IMG/VR virus record: IMGVR_UViG_3300025687_005582
Span: 1 to 64,000 of that record
Source: a virus
Direction: 5' to 3' (one strand)
DNA: 64,000 nt
Position numbers and translations under genes: made by a program. The notes below the pieces were generated by a model. It was given only the letters and a program-made list of their open reading frames with translations, had not been told where the DNA came from and did not search any database. Positions within the stretch are counted from its first letter, which is position 1, and each line of letters begins with the position of its first letter. This document shows, in pieces, positions 1 to 7,948 of this stretch.

Positions 1-59
1 TAATTAAAACAGGAAAAATTGATGTGGAGATTGATTTTTCAGAAACAGGAGAACCAAAA

Positions 60-359
60 ATGTCACTTAAAGAGTGGAAAAACAACGAGATCAACACAAA
101 GTTGATGAAAAAGTGGGGACTTCTTAACGAAGCCGCCAAGCCAGACTTTCTTGATTTAGACAAGGATGGCGACAAAGAAGAGCCAATGAAGGACGCCGCA
201 AAGGACGCCAAGGAAAAGGATCTCGATGAGGCACAGCTATCCGAGGAAGAGATCGAGGAGACTGTTGAAGAGACAGCAGCACCAAAGATGATCTCTGTCC
301 ACGAGGCAAAGCAAATCACTCGCAGAATCTTAGAAAGAGTTAGAAAGGAGTCTAAGTAA
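60..359 (+). CDS. Acidic hypothetical protein, probable head/internal protein with DLDKDGD motif
   Basis: ORF 24..359; likely start is ATG60 after AGGAGA; KPDFLDLDKDGDKEEPMK motif; LNE, LDE and LSE tripeptides. Confidence 0.6.
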   Translation: MSLKEWKNNEINTKLMKKWGLLNEAAKPDFLDLDKDGDKEEPMKDAAKDAKEKDLDEAQLSEEEIEETVEETAAPKMISVHEAKQITRRILERVRKESK

Positions 360-360
360 A

Positions 361-672
361 ATGGTAGCACCACACGTAAAAAGAAGAAGAAGAGCAGAGG
401 CTGCTCGTAAAGCCGCTGCAAAGGCAGCTGCAGCAGCACCAAAGGCTGCTCCCGCACCAGCCCCAGTTGTTGAGCCAGAGCCAGCACCTGTTGTTGAAGA
501 GGTTGTTGAGGAAGTAGTAGAAGAAGTCGTTGAGGAAGTTGTTGAAGAAGCAGCAGAGCCAGCACAAGACCTTGGTTCACTTCGTAAGTGGGAACTTATT
601 GAGCTTGCAGAAGCAGCAGGACATGATGCTGCAGGTCTCACTAAAAGAGAGCTTGTAGAGCTTCTAAGCTAA
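361..672 (+). CDS. Low-complexity Ala/Pro/Glu/Val protein with C-terminal HeH/Rho-N-like helical domain
   Basis: Basic N-terminus, AP/VVEE linker, C-terminal LRKWELIELAEAAG..GLTKRELVELL pattern. Confidence 0.55.
   Translation: MVAPHVKRRRRAEAARKAAAKAAAAAPKAAPAPAPVVEPEPAPVVEEVVEEVVEEVVEEVVEEAAEPAQDLGSLRKWELIELAEAAGHDAAGLTKRELVELLS
490..549 (+). repeat. Five tandem 12-nt units encoding VVEE
   Basis: gttgttgaagag gttgttgaggaa gtagtagaagaa gtcgttgaggaa gttgttgaagaa; units differ only at synonymous positions. Confidence 0.9.
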
Positions 673-676
673 GACA

Positions 677-925
677 ATGAACTTTCGTCGTTTAACACGC
701 CAGTTCATTTTAAATGAAGGCAAGGCTGTAAATCCGCTTAGCTATCTTCAGTCTATATCTGAGGTTCTCCAGAATATCTCTCCACGGTCTCGTACAGACG
801 AACGCAGGATTGAAATGGCTAGAGAAAGTTTGAAAGAAGTTAGACGACATATGCGCCGACTTCAAGAGCGTGTTAACGTTCTTGAAGAACAGGTTTCAAT
901 ATTAGAAGAAAATAAGGAGAAGTGA
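677..925 (+). CDS. Hypothetical coiled-coil protein
   Basis: 82 aa ORF tightly packed between neighbours; ILNE near the N-terminus; heptad-like C-terminus. Confidence 0.6.
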   Translation: MNFRRLTRQFILNEGKAVNPLSYLQSISEVLQNISPRSRTDERRIEMARESLKEVRRHMRRLQERVNVLEEQVSILEENKEK

Positions 926-932
926 AAGCACA

Positions 933-3092
933 ATGTCTCTTCTGGATGAAGGCAAAGCAAACACTCACTTAACTCACCTTGAAGAACTTGTTTTAACACA
1001 AGGTCCAAAAGGTTATGAGATGGCTCGGGCTTTTTTGCTTGAGTTGCTAGAAGAGTTAAAGGGAAACGTTGATTCAAAAGTTAAGACCTCCGTTAAATGG
1101 GACGGGGCTCCTGCTATTTTTGCTGGTATCAATCCAGAGAATGGTAAGTTTTTTGTTGGCACAAAATCCATCTTCAACAAAGAACCAAAAATAAACTACA
1201 CCCCCGAAGATGTTCAGAGAAATCACGGACATGCTCCGGGTTTGGTGGATAAACTTACAAAAGCACTCGAATACTTACCTCCCCTAGGGATCCAAAAGAT
1301 CCTGCAGGGAGACTTTATGTTTGACGATGAGATGATTAGCACCATCGATGTTGATGGCGAACCTCATTATGCTTTCAAGCCTAATACAATCACTTACGCT
1401 GCTCCTGTTAACTCTAAGCTTGGACAGCAAATCGCTGATTCAAAGTTCGGTATTGTATTCCACACAACTTATGACAGCTTGGATGGTGGCGCTTCTTTCG
1501 GCGCTGACGTAAGCGGTCTAAATAAGGTTCCCGGCGTATGGGTTGATGATGCTTACTTTACAGACGATACCGGAACCGTTACATTAACTGAAGATGAAGA
1601 AGCGAAGGTGAAGGAATTAGTTTCAGCTGCAGATCAAATCAACGAAAAGATTGATTATGAAGGTCTGCCAATGGATCTTCTAAACATTTACATTAACTCT
1701 GAAATCAAAGGTGGTCAGTTCCTTGAGGATCCAGCTAAATCTTACTTGGGCTTCAAGCGTTGGTATTCAGGTCGTTTGGAGAAAAGAATTGATTCCTTAA
1801 AATCCCAGAGAGGAAAGATGCGAGCAACCGAAAAAGGTCAAGAGATGCTTGCAGCCTTTGATGATAAACAAGAAGATATTCTTAATCTTTTTAGAGTTTC
1901 CCGACTTCTCTTTGAAGCAAAGAACATCTTTATCAGCAAATATAACAACGCTGTATACAACACAAAGCACTTTATTGATGATGGCTCAGGCGATCTTGTC
2001 GCAAGCAATCCAGAAGGTTATGTAGCTGTTGACCACATCGGCAACGGCGTCAAGTTTGTTGATCGTTTAGAGTTCAGCAAAGCAAACTTTGCGATTGATA
2101 AAGGCGCCAAGTTCCAGCAGACTGAAAGTCTTACAGTATATTGGGGATCTGATGGTTTCTCTGTAACAAAGACACTTTTGGAGTGGTCTCGCAACCTTCC
2201 TTCTGTTGAGAGCAAAAATCAAGATCTTTATGAAAATCTTCTTGGTGGCGCTCCAATCACTTCTTTGGTTCGCGAAGCAAGTAAGGTAAAGGTTGCTTTG
2301 GCCGAGGCAGTCAACTGGGCTTTGAACGAGCAAGATCAAAAAAGAGTTATTGTTATTTACCCTGGACGATTCCAACCAATGGGTCGTCACCACTACGCAA
2401 CTTATAAGGCACTTGCTGATCAGTTTGGTGCCGAGAACACTTTCATCGCAACTTCAAACAAAATAGGACCAAAGTCTCCTCTAGACTTTGAAGAAAAGAA
2501 AAAGATTATGGTTGCCCACGGTGTTCCAGCCGATAAGATTGTAATGACCAGAAATCCTTATCAGGCTCTTGAGATAACCAAAGACTTTGATCCAGACGCA
2601 ACCGCTGTCGTATTCGCTGTTGGCGGCAAGGATATGCGTGAGAGCCCCAGATTTGCAAATCTAGACGGTTTCACAAAGAAAGGCACTCCTGCTTACTACA
2701 AAACTTATAAGCCAGGAGAAGAGCTTGTAGGGCTTGGTAAGCACGGTTATATCACAGTCGCTCCTCACGTTGAGATTGATGTTCCTGGCTTCGGTGAAAT
2801 GTCGGGCACAACTTTGAGACAAGCGCTCAAAGGCGCAACTCCAGAAGACTTTGAAACCATTATGGGATTTTATAATCAAGAGATTTATGATATACTTCAA
2901 GGAAAACTTGAAGAGATGTCTGCTATGGGTGGTGGAGCCGTTGCTGGTTACTCTCTACCACTTGGAATGCGAGCCCCTGATGTTGTAGGCTCCGAGAAGA
3001 AAAAGAAGAGACATCCCAAGAACTTCATTAAAGAAGAACAAGAGATTGTTACTGAGGTAATGGACTATTTATTAGGAATATCGGTGGGCTAA
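933..3092 (+). CDS. DUF6267-type ligase-like nucleotidyltransferase fused to a HIGH-superfamily (cytidylyltransferase-like) domain
   Basis: N-domain: HLTHLEE, VKWDGAPA, QGDFMF, EGYVAV, VKFVDRLEFS. C-domain: YPGRFQPMGRHH and MSGTTLR. Confidence 0.7.
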   Translation: MSLLDEGKANTHLTHLEELVLTQGPKGYEMARAFLLELLEELKGNVDSKVKTSVKWDGAPAIFAGINPENGKFFVGTKSIFNKEPKINYTPEDVQRNHGHAPGLVDKLTKALEYLPPLGIQKILQGDFMFDDEMISTIDVDGEPHYAFKPNTITYAAPVNSKLGQQIADSKFGIVFHTTYDSLDGGASFGADVSGLNKVPGVWVDDAYFTDDTGTVTLTEDEEAKVKELVSAADQINEKIDYEGLPMDLLNIYINSEIKGGQFLEDPAKSYLGFKRWYSGRLEKRIDSLKSQRGKMRATEKGQEMLAAFDDKQEDILNLFRVSRLLFEAKNIFISKYNNAVYNTKHFIDDGSGDLVASNPEGYVAVDHIGNGVKFVDRLEFSKANFAIDKGAKFQQTESLTVYWGSDGFSVTKTLLEWSRNLPSVESKNQDLYENLLGGAPITSLVREASKVKVALAEAVNWALNEQDQKRVIVIYPGRFQPMGRHHYATYKALADQFGAENTFIATSNKIGPKSPLDFEEKKKIMVAHGVPADKIVMTRNPYQALEITKDFDPDATAVVFAVGGKDMRESPRFANLDGFTKKGTPAYYKTYKPGEELVGLGKHGYITVAPHVEIDVPGFGEMSGTTLRQALKGATPEDFETIMGFYNQEIYDILQGKLEEMSAMGGGAVAGYSLPLGMRAPDVVGSEKKKKRHPKNFIKEEQEIVTEVMDYLLGISVG

Positions 3093-3094
3093 TA

Positions 3095-3934
3095 ATGATT
3101 GATCGTAAAGAATTTGCTGAAGAGCTAATGCTACGTGAGAATGTGCGCAAAGCCATTCGCCACGTTTTGAATAAAAGAGAAACAAAAAGATTAAATGAAG
3201 AAAAAGAACTTCGTTCTGTTATTCGTAGACTTCTAGAGGGACAGTCTGCTGTTGCGGCTGTTGCTAAGCACGAAAGCACTGGTATTAATGCCTTAGAAGA
3301 TCTTCTTAAGAACTCAAACGTTCTTTCTGTATTGGAGACAGGATACAAGTCTCTTACCACCGACAAACAACAGAGAGATTCATATCGAAGCCACATTCTA
3401 AACGCTGTTGAAAAATCACTTGCACCAGAAGAGTCTCGTAAAGAGGCAGGTTCTGACGCTGAGTTAGAGCCTGTTGAAGAAGAGGTTGATATTAACATTT
3501 CTGATCGTCCAGAAGATGATCCGGCATTTATTGATGTTGAAGATAAGAAAGAGGAACCAGTTGAAGAACCAGATGAAAGAGATACATTTGGTATTGAGGG
3601 CCAAGATAAAACTGGTCGTAATAGAGCATATGATGATTTCCAAGACATTGAGAAAAACATTCTAACATCTTTCGACAATCTTGACAACCCCAAGGACATC
3701 CAAATGTTCGAAGAGTTTCTTCTTAAGAACCTTGCTCTGTACTTTGATAAGTATGAAAGCGAACTACAAGTAGATGTTAAAGAACCTGCTGCGGCCCAAG
3801 ACGCACAGGCTGACGAGCCAGCACCAGCACCCGAAGAAGAAGGTGAGCCTGAGACAGATATTCCAGACTTCGAGTTAGAAGAAGGAATGGAAATCAATCT
3901 TGAAAGCCTTATAGATAAACTATTAGAACAATAA
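3095..3934 (+). CDS. Acidic hypothetical protein, probable head/internal protein
   Basis: 279 aa, very Glu/Asp-rich; LRE, LNE, LLE and LEE sites; CTATTTA at 3065 upstream. Confidence 0.65.
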   Translation: MIDRKEFAEELMLRENVRKAIRHVLNKRETKRLNEEKELRSVIRRLLEGQSAVAAVAKHESTGINALEDLLKNSNVLSVLETGYKSLTTDKQQRDSYRSHILNAVEKSLAPEESRKEAGSDAELEPVEEEVDINISDRPEDDPAFIDVEDKKEEPVEEPDERDTFGIEGQDKTGRNRAYDDFQDIEKNILTSFDNLDNPKDIQMFEEFLLKNLALYFDKYESELQVDVKEPAAAQDAQADEPAPAPEEEGEPETDIPDFELEEGMEINLESLIDKLLEQ

Positions 3935-3937
3935 AAT

Positions 3938-4276
3938 ATGACAAACCCTAATATAGAAAAGGGTTTTAGTAGAAACAAATCACTATCAAATACTCTACGC
4001 AAAGAAGGTAAGTCTTCTGAAGCGTTTGAAATAATGTTATCTGCTTTAACTCTTGAAGAAGTTATAGGACTAAAGTTAGAATGCTCTATGAAACTTACAG
4101 ATGGTAAGTTGTATGGTTTCAATCTTTGGTCAAAAATAGTTGATATTGCTAAAGAAGGACTGTATAATGCTGTTGTTAGTGTTACAGACACTAATGCAGA
4201 GATAAGAAGAATATTAGGAATCAATCCAAGTTCGTGGATAGATATTAAAAGAAAGTTCGGCACAGACAAAGAGTAG
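3938..4276 (+). CDS. Hypothetical protein with possible C-terminal Fis-like HTH
   Basis: TNAEIRRILGINPSSWIDIKRKF resembles the Fis HTH pattern AARxLGISxxTLxxKL. Confidence 0.45.
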   Translation: MTNPNIEKGFSRNKSLSNTLRKEGKSSEAFEIMLSALTLEEVIGLKLECSMKLTDGKLYGFNLWSKIVDIAKEGLYNAVVSVTDTNAEIRRILGINPSSWIDIKRKFGTDKE

Positions 4277-4310
4277 ATGATCTGAATCTGACTGTCAATA
4301 AAAAAAATAA

Positions 4311-4626
4311 GGGGGTGACAGGTTTCGACAGAGTAAAGAAGATGGATAGTGCAGGTTGTGACAGCTAACTCAATCACATAAAACTTTAGTTAGAAACATA
4401 TAACTGCAAACGACGCAGACTACGGTTTAGCACTAGCTGCTTAATCCCCGGTTGTTCTTCACCGGGTGTCCAAGAAGAACAAACAAAAAAATAAAACGCT
4501 TTTACCTTTTTGAGCGGACCGAATCAAATTTGATACTTTGTTTATTTAGAGAAATAAACTAAACCTGTGAATGACTTGAAGTTTGAGATGCTTTGGACGT
4601 GGGTTCGATTCCCACCACCTCCACCA
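4311..4626 (+). ncRNA. ssrA: tmRNA; tag reading frame 4406..4444 encodes ANDADYGLALAA
   Basis: 5' GGGGGTG pairs with 3' CACCTCC-ACCA including the G3:U alanine determinant; GGTTTCGAC after the acceptor arm; T-arm GTGGGTTCGATTCCCAC; ATAACT before resume codon GCA; tag ends in ALAA-stop. Confidence 0.95.
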
Positions 4627-4687
4627 AAATATAAATTTATTTGACATACACAAATATATTAGTTATTACTATAATAGTTAATATAGA

Positions 4688-5236
4688 GTGTATAGAATAT
4701 TAATACTAACAATATTCTTATTATTTTCTTGTTCTTCTGTAACTGAAGATCCTTTACCTGAAGTAGATTACGGTGATTATATGTTCTCAATGTCTTGTAT
4801 TTGGGACGACGGAACACCGGATGGTATAAATGAATCTGGAACAGTAATCTACTGTTACAAACACAACATCACATCAGAAATCATAGAAGCAGACTTCTTT
4901 GCTTTATCTCTTGAATACCCAGATAGTGCTGATGAAAGAGTTAAAATATGTGGTGAAAATCTGAATCTGTATTCAGGGCATTCTTTATATGATAGTTTAT
5001 TGCCTGCCTTAACAAACGACACTTACGGTTGTGTGAATGCTTTTGATAGAGTTAAGAACGATGAGTTTGATTGGTTCTGGCACGATAAAGAAAGAGTGTT
5101 AGAGTTTATTTGGAGACCAGAAGAAAACCCTCCCTTAGATATGTATTTGGTTGTAGAGCCACCAGAGTTTGGCACTCCTTTGTATGTTGAAGGATATGCG
5201 TCCAATGGTGCTATCTATCTTAAAAAAGATCCTTGA
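4688..5236 (+). CDS. Putative lipoprotein
   Basis: Signal peptide with lipobox LFS-C (MYRILILTIFLLFSC); AT-rich upstream region. Confidence 0.6.
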   Translation: MYRILILTIFLLFSCSSVTEDPLPEVDYGDYMFSMSCIWDDGTPDGINESGTVIYCYKHNITSEIIEADFFALSLEYPDSADERVKICGENLNLYSGHSLYDSLLPALTNDTYGCVNAFDRVKNDEFDWFWHDKERVLEFIWRPEENPPLDMYLVVEPPEFGTPLYVEGYASNGAIYLKKDP

Positions 5237-5260
5237 CTAGTATAATATCTGTTGTATTAT
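5233..5260 (+). promoter_or_regulatory. Sigma70-like promoter
   Basis: TTGACT (5233) - 16 nt - TATTAT (5255), 7 nt before ATG5267. Confidence 0.45.
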
Positions 5261-5266
5261 GTCTCT

Positions 5267-5788
5267 ATGAGAACTGAGACTAGAAGACAGAGATATGATA
5301 AGAAAATCAATAATGCTAAAACTTATCCGTTTAGCCTTTGCGCCATTAATTTTAGGGTTGACGACAACTTTGGTCATTTGGTTAGGTCTGCTGGGTGCTT
5401 TGGTGCAGAGACTGTTTACGTTATAGGACATATTCCAGACAGAAGTGAAATAAAGTCTTCGTCAGGAAGTTTGATAGATTATGTTAATATTGTTCAATTT
5501 TCTACTCCTCAAAAGTTTTTGGAGCATTGTAAAAAAAAGAAAATTAAAGTTGTGGCTGCTGAACTGGTGGAAGGCGCAAGACCGCTTTCTTCTTATGATT
5601 TCGATTATGATGGCCATACTTGCTTGGTTGTTGGCAACGAATCAACTGGAGTTCCCACAGAGATAACTAAATCTTCTGATGTAATATATGTTGAAATGCC
5701 CGGCGTAGGATATTGTTTGAACACTGCTCAAACAGCAAATATACTTCTTTACGAGGCTGTAAAACAATATGAAGGAAACCAGGGGTAA
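5267..5788 (+). CDS. SpoU/TrmH-family (SPOUT) RNA 2'-O-methyltransferase
   Basis: Motif 1 NFGHLVRSAGCFG, motif 2 VVGNESTGV, motif 3 MPGVGYCLNTAQ; ORF track starts at 5252, ATG5267 preferred. Confidence 0.9.
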   Translation: MRTETRRQRYDKKINNAKTYPFSLCAINFRVDDNFGHLVRSAGCFGAETVYVIGHIPDRSEIKSSSGSLIDYVNIVQFSTPQKFLEHCKKKKIKVVAAELVEGARPLSSYDFDYDGHTCLVVGNESTGVPTEITKSSDVIYVEMPGVGYCLNTAQTANILLYEAVKQYEGNQG

Positions 5789-5830
5789 GAACAAACTCAA
5801 ACTACTTATAACATAACAGGAGGACATAAT

Positions 5831-6031
5831 GTGTCTGAAGAAAAAGAGAGAAAGACACCGTCTTTTCTAAAAACGGTTTATCTATCAAATCGGGAAATCC
5901 GTCTTATCCTAGCGGGTTTATATTCTTTGAATATGCCAGAAGAAGAAATAGAAGGAACACTTTGGAAAAAGCTTTTATTTGAAAAGCTTCATAAGAAAAC
6001 CAGACGAAAGAAGAACAGTGGGAAAGAGTAA
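5831..6031 (+). CDS. Hypothetical protein
   Basis: GTG start after a strong AGGAGG RBS. Confidence 0.6.
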   Translation: MSEEKERKTPSFLKTVYLSNREIRLILAGLYSLNMPEEEIEGTLWKKLLFEKLHKKTRRKKNSGKE

Positions 6032-6263
6032 AAAGTTATCTAAACACCAAAAAGATGTGTTGCTGGTCAAAGCATCAGCACAGTTTGGTAACAGAGCCTT
6101 ATATTCAATAGAACAAAGAACACAAGGATTAGCTTTATACGCTTACGCTGATTCAAAACAAGACGCTGAAATCCTAAGAAAAACCATTCCTCTTCGGTGG
6201 AATGGTTTATTCACTATTGTTATTTACATTGATTTACCTAAAGAAGAAAACGAGGATTATTAG
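6018..6263 (+). CDS. Hypothetical protein
   Basis: ORF 5979..6263, likely start GTG6018; stop overlaps the next start. Confidence 0.5.
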   Translation: MGKSKKLSKHQKDVLLVKASAQFGNRALYSIEQRTQGLALYAYADSKQDAEILRKTIPLRWNGLFTIVIYIDLPKEENEDY

Positions 6264-6874
6264 TGCTAACCGCCATTGGAGATGTGATGAGAGAGTGCTA
6301 TCGACGGGGTTGGATTACAACTCGCGACGGTAACTGCTCTATTCGCAAAACAAAAGATGATAAAATCTTTATCACCCCATCAGGCGTAAGAAAAAACCTT
6401 ATACACCCCGAATATATCGAGAGAATAAAGATCTTAGAGGGTGGAGAATTTTTAAAGATTGAGATGGACGAGAACCCATCTGGTGAGTTAGAGATGCATT
6501 GGCAGCTTTTACAGAAAGCCAGATCTACAAGATGCGTTCTTCACGTTCATCCAACAAACATAGTTGCTGCTATGTATGCAGGCTGGGATCTAGAGAAGCT
6601 ATCAAAACAGTTTCCAGAAGTTCATCGATATACAAGAGTGGGACCTAATGTTCCAGTTCTTCCGGCAGTATCCAGACAGTTGGCAGACGCAACATCAAAA
6701 AGCTTTGGATTGGTTGGAGGCAGCGTTGTTTATGATGTTGTCGGCCAAGGAAATCACGGTGCTTGTGCTGTTGCTGCTAATCCTTGGGATGCGTTTGAGC
6801 ATATTGAAAGATTAGAACATATTTGTCAGATTGTCTTGACATCTGGCGTAAGACCTTCTAATATGTTTGTATGA
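6263..6874 (+). CDS. Class II aldolase/adducin family protein (FucA/MtnB/AraD-like)
   Basis: DGNCSIR, ITPSG, PSGELEMH, LHVHP and NHG metal-binding motifs. Confidence 0.9.
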   Translation: MLTAIGDVMRECYRRGWITTRDGNCSIRKTKDDKIFITPSGVRKNLIHPEYIERIKILEGGEFLKIEMDENPSGELEMHWQLLQKARSTRCVLHVHPTNIVAAMYAGWDLEKLSKQFPEVHRYTRVGPNVPVLPAVSRQLADATSKSFGLVGGSVVYDVVGQGNHGACAVAANPWDAFEHIERLEHICQIVLTSGVRPSNMFV

Positions 6875-7083
6875 TTATTAAAAAAGGAACAACAGTCTAT
6901 CCTTCTGAGATAGGCCAATATAATTTTCATTATCCTCAAAATGAGGATCCTTACATACTTGCCTTGGATGTAAAGGTCGATAAACTGCCCTGGGCATCTA
7001 GAAATAATAAAATTCCTGTAAAAGTTTGTAGTCCTGAAAACTATCTACCTTATAGTGTACTATGGTTAGAGACGCCGGTATAG
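6871..7083 (+). CDS. Hypothetical protein
   Basis: ATGA overlap with the aldolase stop; last 10 nt overlap tRNA-Thr. Confidence 0.5.
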   Translation: MIIKKGTTVYPSEIGQYNFHYPQNEDPYILALDVKVDKLPWASRNNKIPVKVCSPENYLPYSVLWLETPV

Positions 7084-7149
7084 CTCAGCTGGTAGAGCAA
7101 CGGTTTTGTAACCCGTAGGTCCCGCGTTCGATTCGTGGTGCCGGCACCA
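7074..7149 (+). tRNA. tRNA-Thr(TGT)
   Basis: GCCGGTA/TGCCGGC acceptor stem, loop TT-TGT-AA, T-loop TTCGATT, ACCA end. Confidence 0.93.
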
Positions 7150-7168
7150 GAAAACTAAATATTTCCTT

Positions 7169-7244
7169 GGGGATGTAGCTCAGTTGGGAGAGCATCAGTT
7201 TTGCATACTGAGGGTCGTAGGTTCGATTCCTATCATCTCCACCA
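7169..7244 (+). tRNA. tRNA-Ala(TGC)
   Basis: GGGGATG/CATCTCC with G3:U70, loop TT-TGC-AT, ACCA end. Confidence 0.95.
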
Positions 7245-7245
7245 A

Positions 7246-7322
7246 GGGCGGCTAGCTCAGTTGGTTAGAGCAGTTGTTTTACACGCATCAGGTCGGGAGT
7301 TCGAATCTCTCGCCGCCCACCA
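7246..7322 (+). tRNA. tRNA-Val(TAC)
   Basis: GGGCGGC/GCCGCCC acceptor stem, loop TT-TAC-AC, ACCA end. Confidence 0.93.
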
Positions 7323-7326
7323 TAAT

Positions 7327-7404
7327 CGGGGTATAGCGCAGTCTGGCTAGCGCACTCGCTTTGGGAGCGAGGGGTCGTAGGTTCGAATCCTACTACCCCG
7401 ACCA
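7327..7404 (+). tRNA. tRNA-Pro(TGG)
   Basis: CGGGGTA/TACCCCG acceptor stem, CTCGC-TTTGGGA-GCGAG anticodon arm, ACCA end. Confidence 0.95.
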
Positions 7405-7436
7405 TTTACATCAGTTGCCTACTATATACCCTAGAA

Positions 7437-7511
7437 GCGGGTATAGCTCAGTGGTAGAGCATCGCCTTGCCAAGGCGAGGGTCGCGAGTTCGAATCTCGC
7501 TACCCGCTCCA
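7437..7511 (+). tRNA. tRNA-Gly(GCC)
   Basis: GCGGGTA/TACCCGC acceptor stem, TCGCC-TTGCCAA-GGCGA anticodon arm, U73 then CCA. Confidence 0.95.
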
Positions 7512-7515
7512 TATT

Positions 7516-7606
7516 AGAGGGGTGTCCGAGTGGCCGAAGGAGCAGCATTGGAAATGCTGTGTAGGTTCAAAGCCTACCGAGGGTTCGAATCCCTCCCTCT
7601 CTGCCA
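7516..7606 (+). tRNA. tRNA-Ser(GGA)
   Basis: AGAGGGG/CCTCTCT acceptor stem, CAGCA-TTGGAAA-TGCTG anticodon arm, long variable arm, G73 then CCA. Confidence 0.93.
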
Positions 7607-7615
7607 TCTAATATT

Positions 7616-7948
7616 ATGAAACCATACTTTTATAAAGCAAAGATAATCTCTGTTTATGATGGCGACACTGTAACAGCCGTGATAGACTTGGGCTTTGAGA
7701 TTACAAAAAAGATCAAGATTAGACTTTACGGCATTAATGCTCCCGAAATAAGAGGGAAGCAAAGACCAGAAGGTCTAAAAAGTAGAGATTATTTAAGATC
7801 TTTAATTCTTGACAAAGATGTAATCATACAAACGTTGAAAGACAAGAAAGGCAAATACGGTCGTTATATTGGAATAATCCATTTAGAGGATAAAAATATT
7901 AACGAACTTCTTGTAGAATCAGGATATGCCGAAAAGAAGGAGTATTAA
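7616..7948 (+). CDS. Thermonuclease (SNase-like) family protein
   Basis: VYDGDT, IRLYGINAPE, GKYGRYIG, INELLVESGYA. Confidence 0.92.
   Translation: MKPYFYKAKIISVYDGDTVTAVIDLGFEITKKIKIRLYGINAPEIRGKQRPEGLKSRDYLRSLILDKDVIIQTLKDKKGKYGRYIGIIHLEDKNINELLVESGYAEKKEY

Noticed and set aside
330-641. Minus-strand ORF with SSTT repeats
   Set aside because: Reverse complement of the VVEE repeat
3049-4377. 442-aa minus-strand ORF
   Set aside because: Antisense shadow of Glu-rich + strand genes (Ser/Phe-rich, no motifs); it also overlaps the tmRNA
7361-7564. 67-aa + strand ORF
   Set aside because: Lies across tRNA-Pro, tRNA-Gly and tRNA-Ser
4311-7606. Prophage or island integration site at tmRNA/tRNA
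   Set aside because: No integrase, no duplicated 3' end seen, and phage-type genes on both sides
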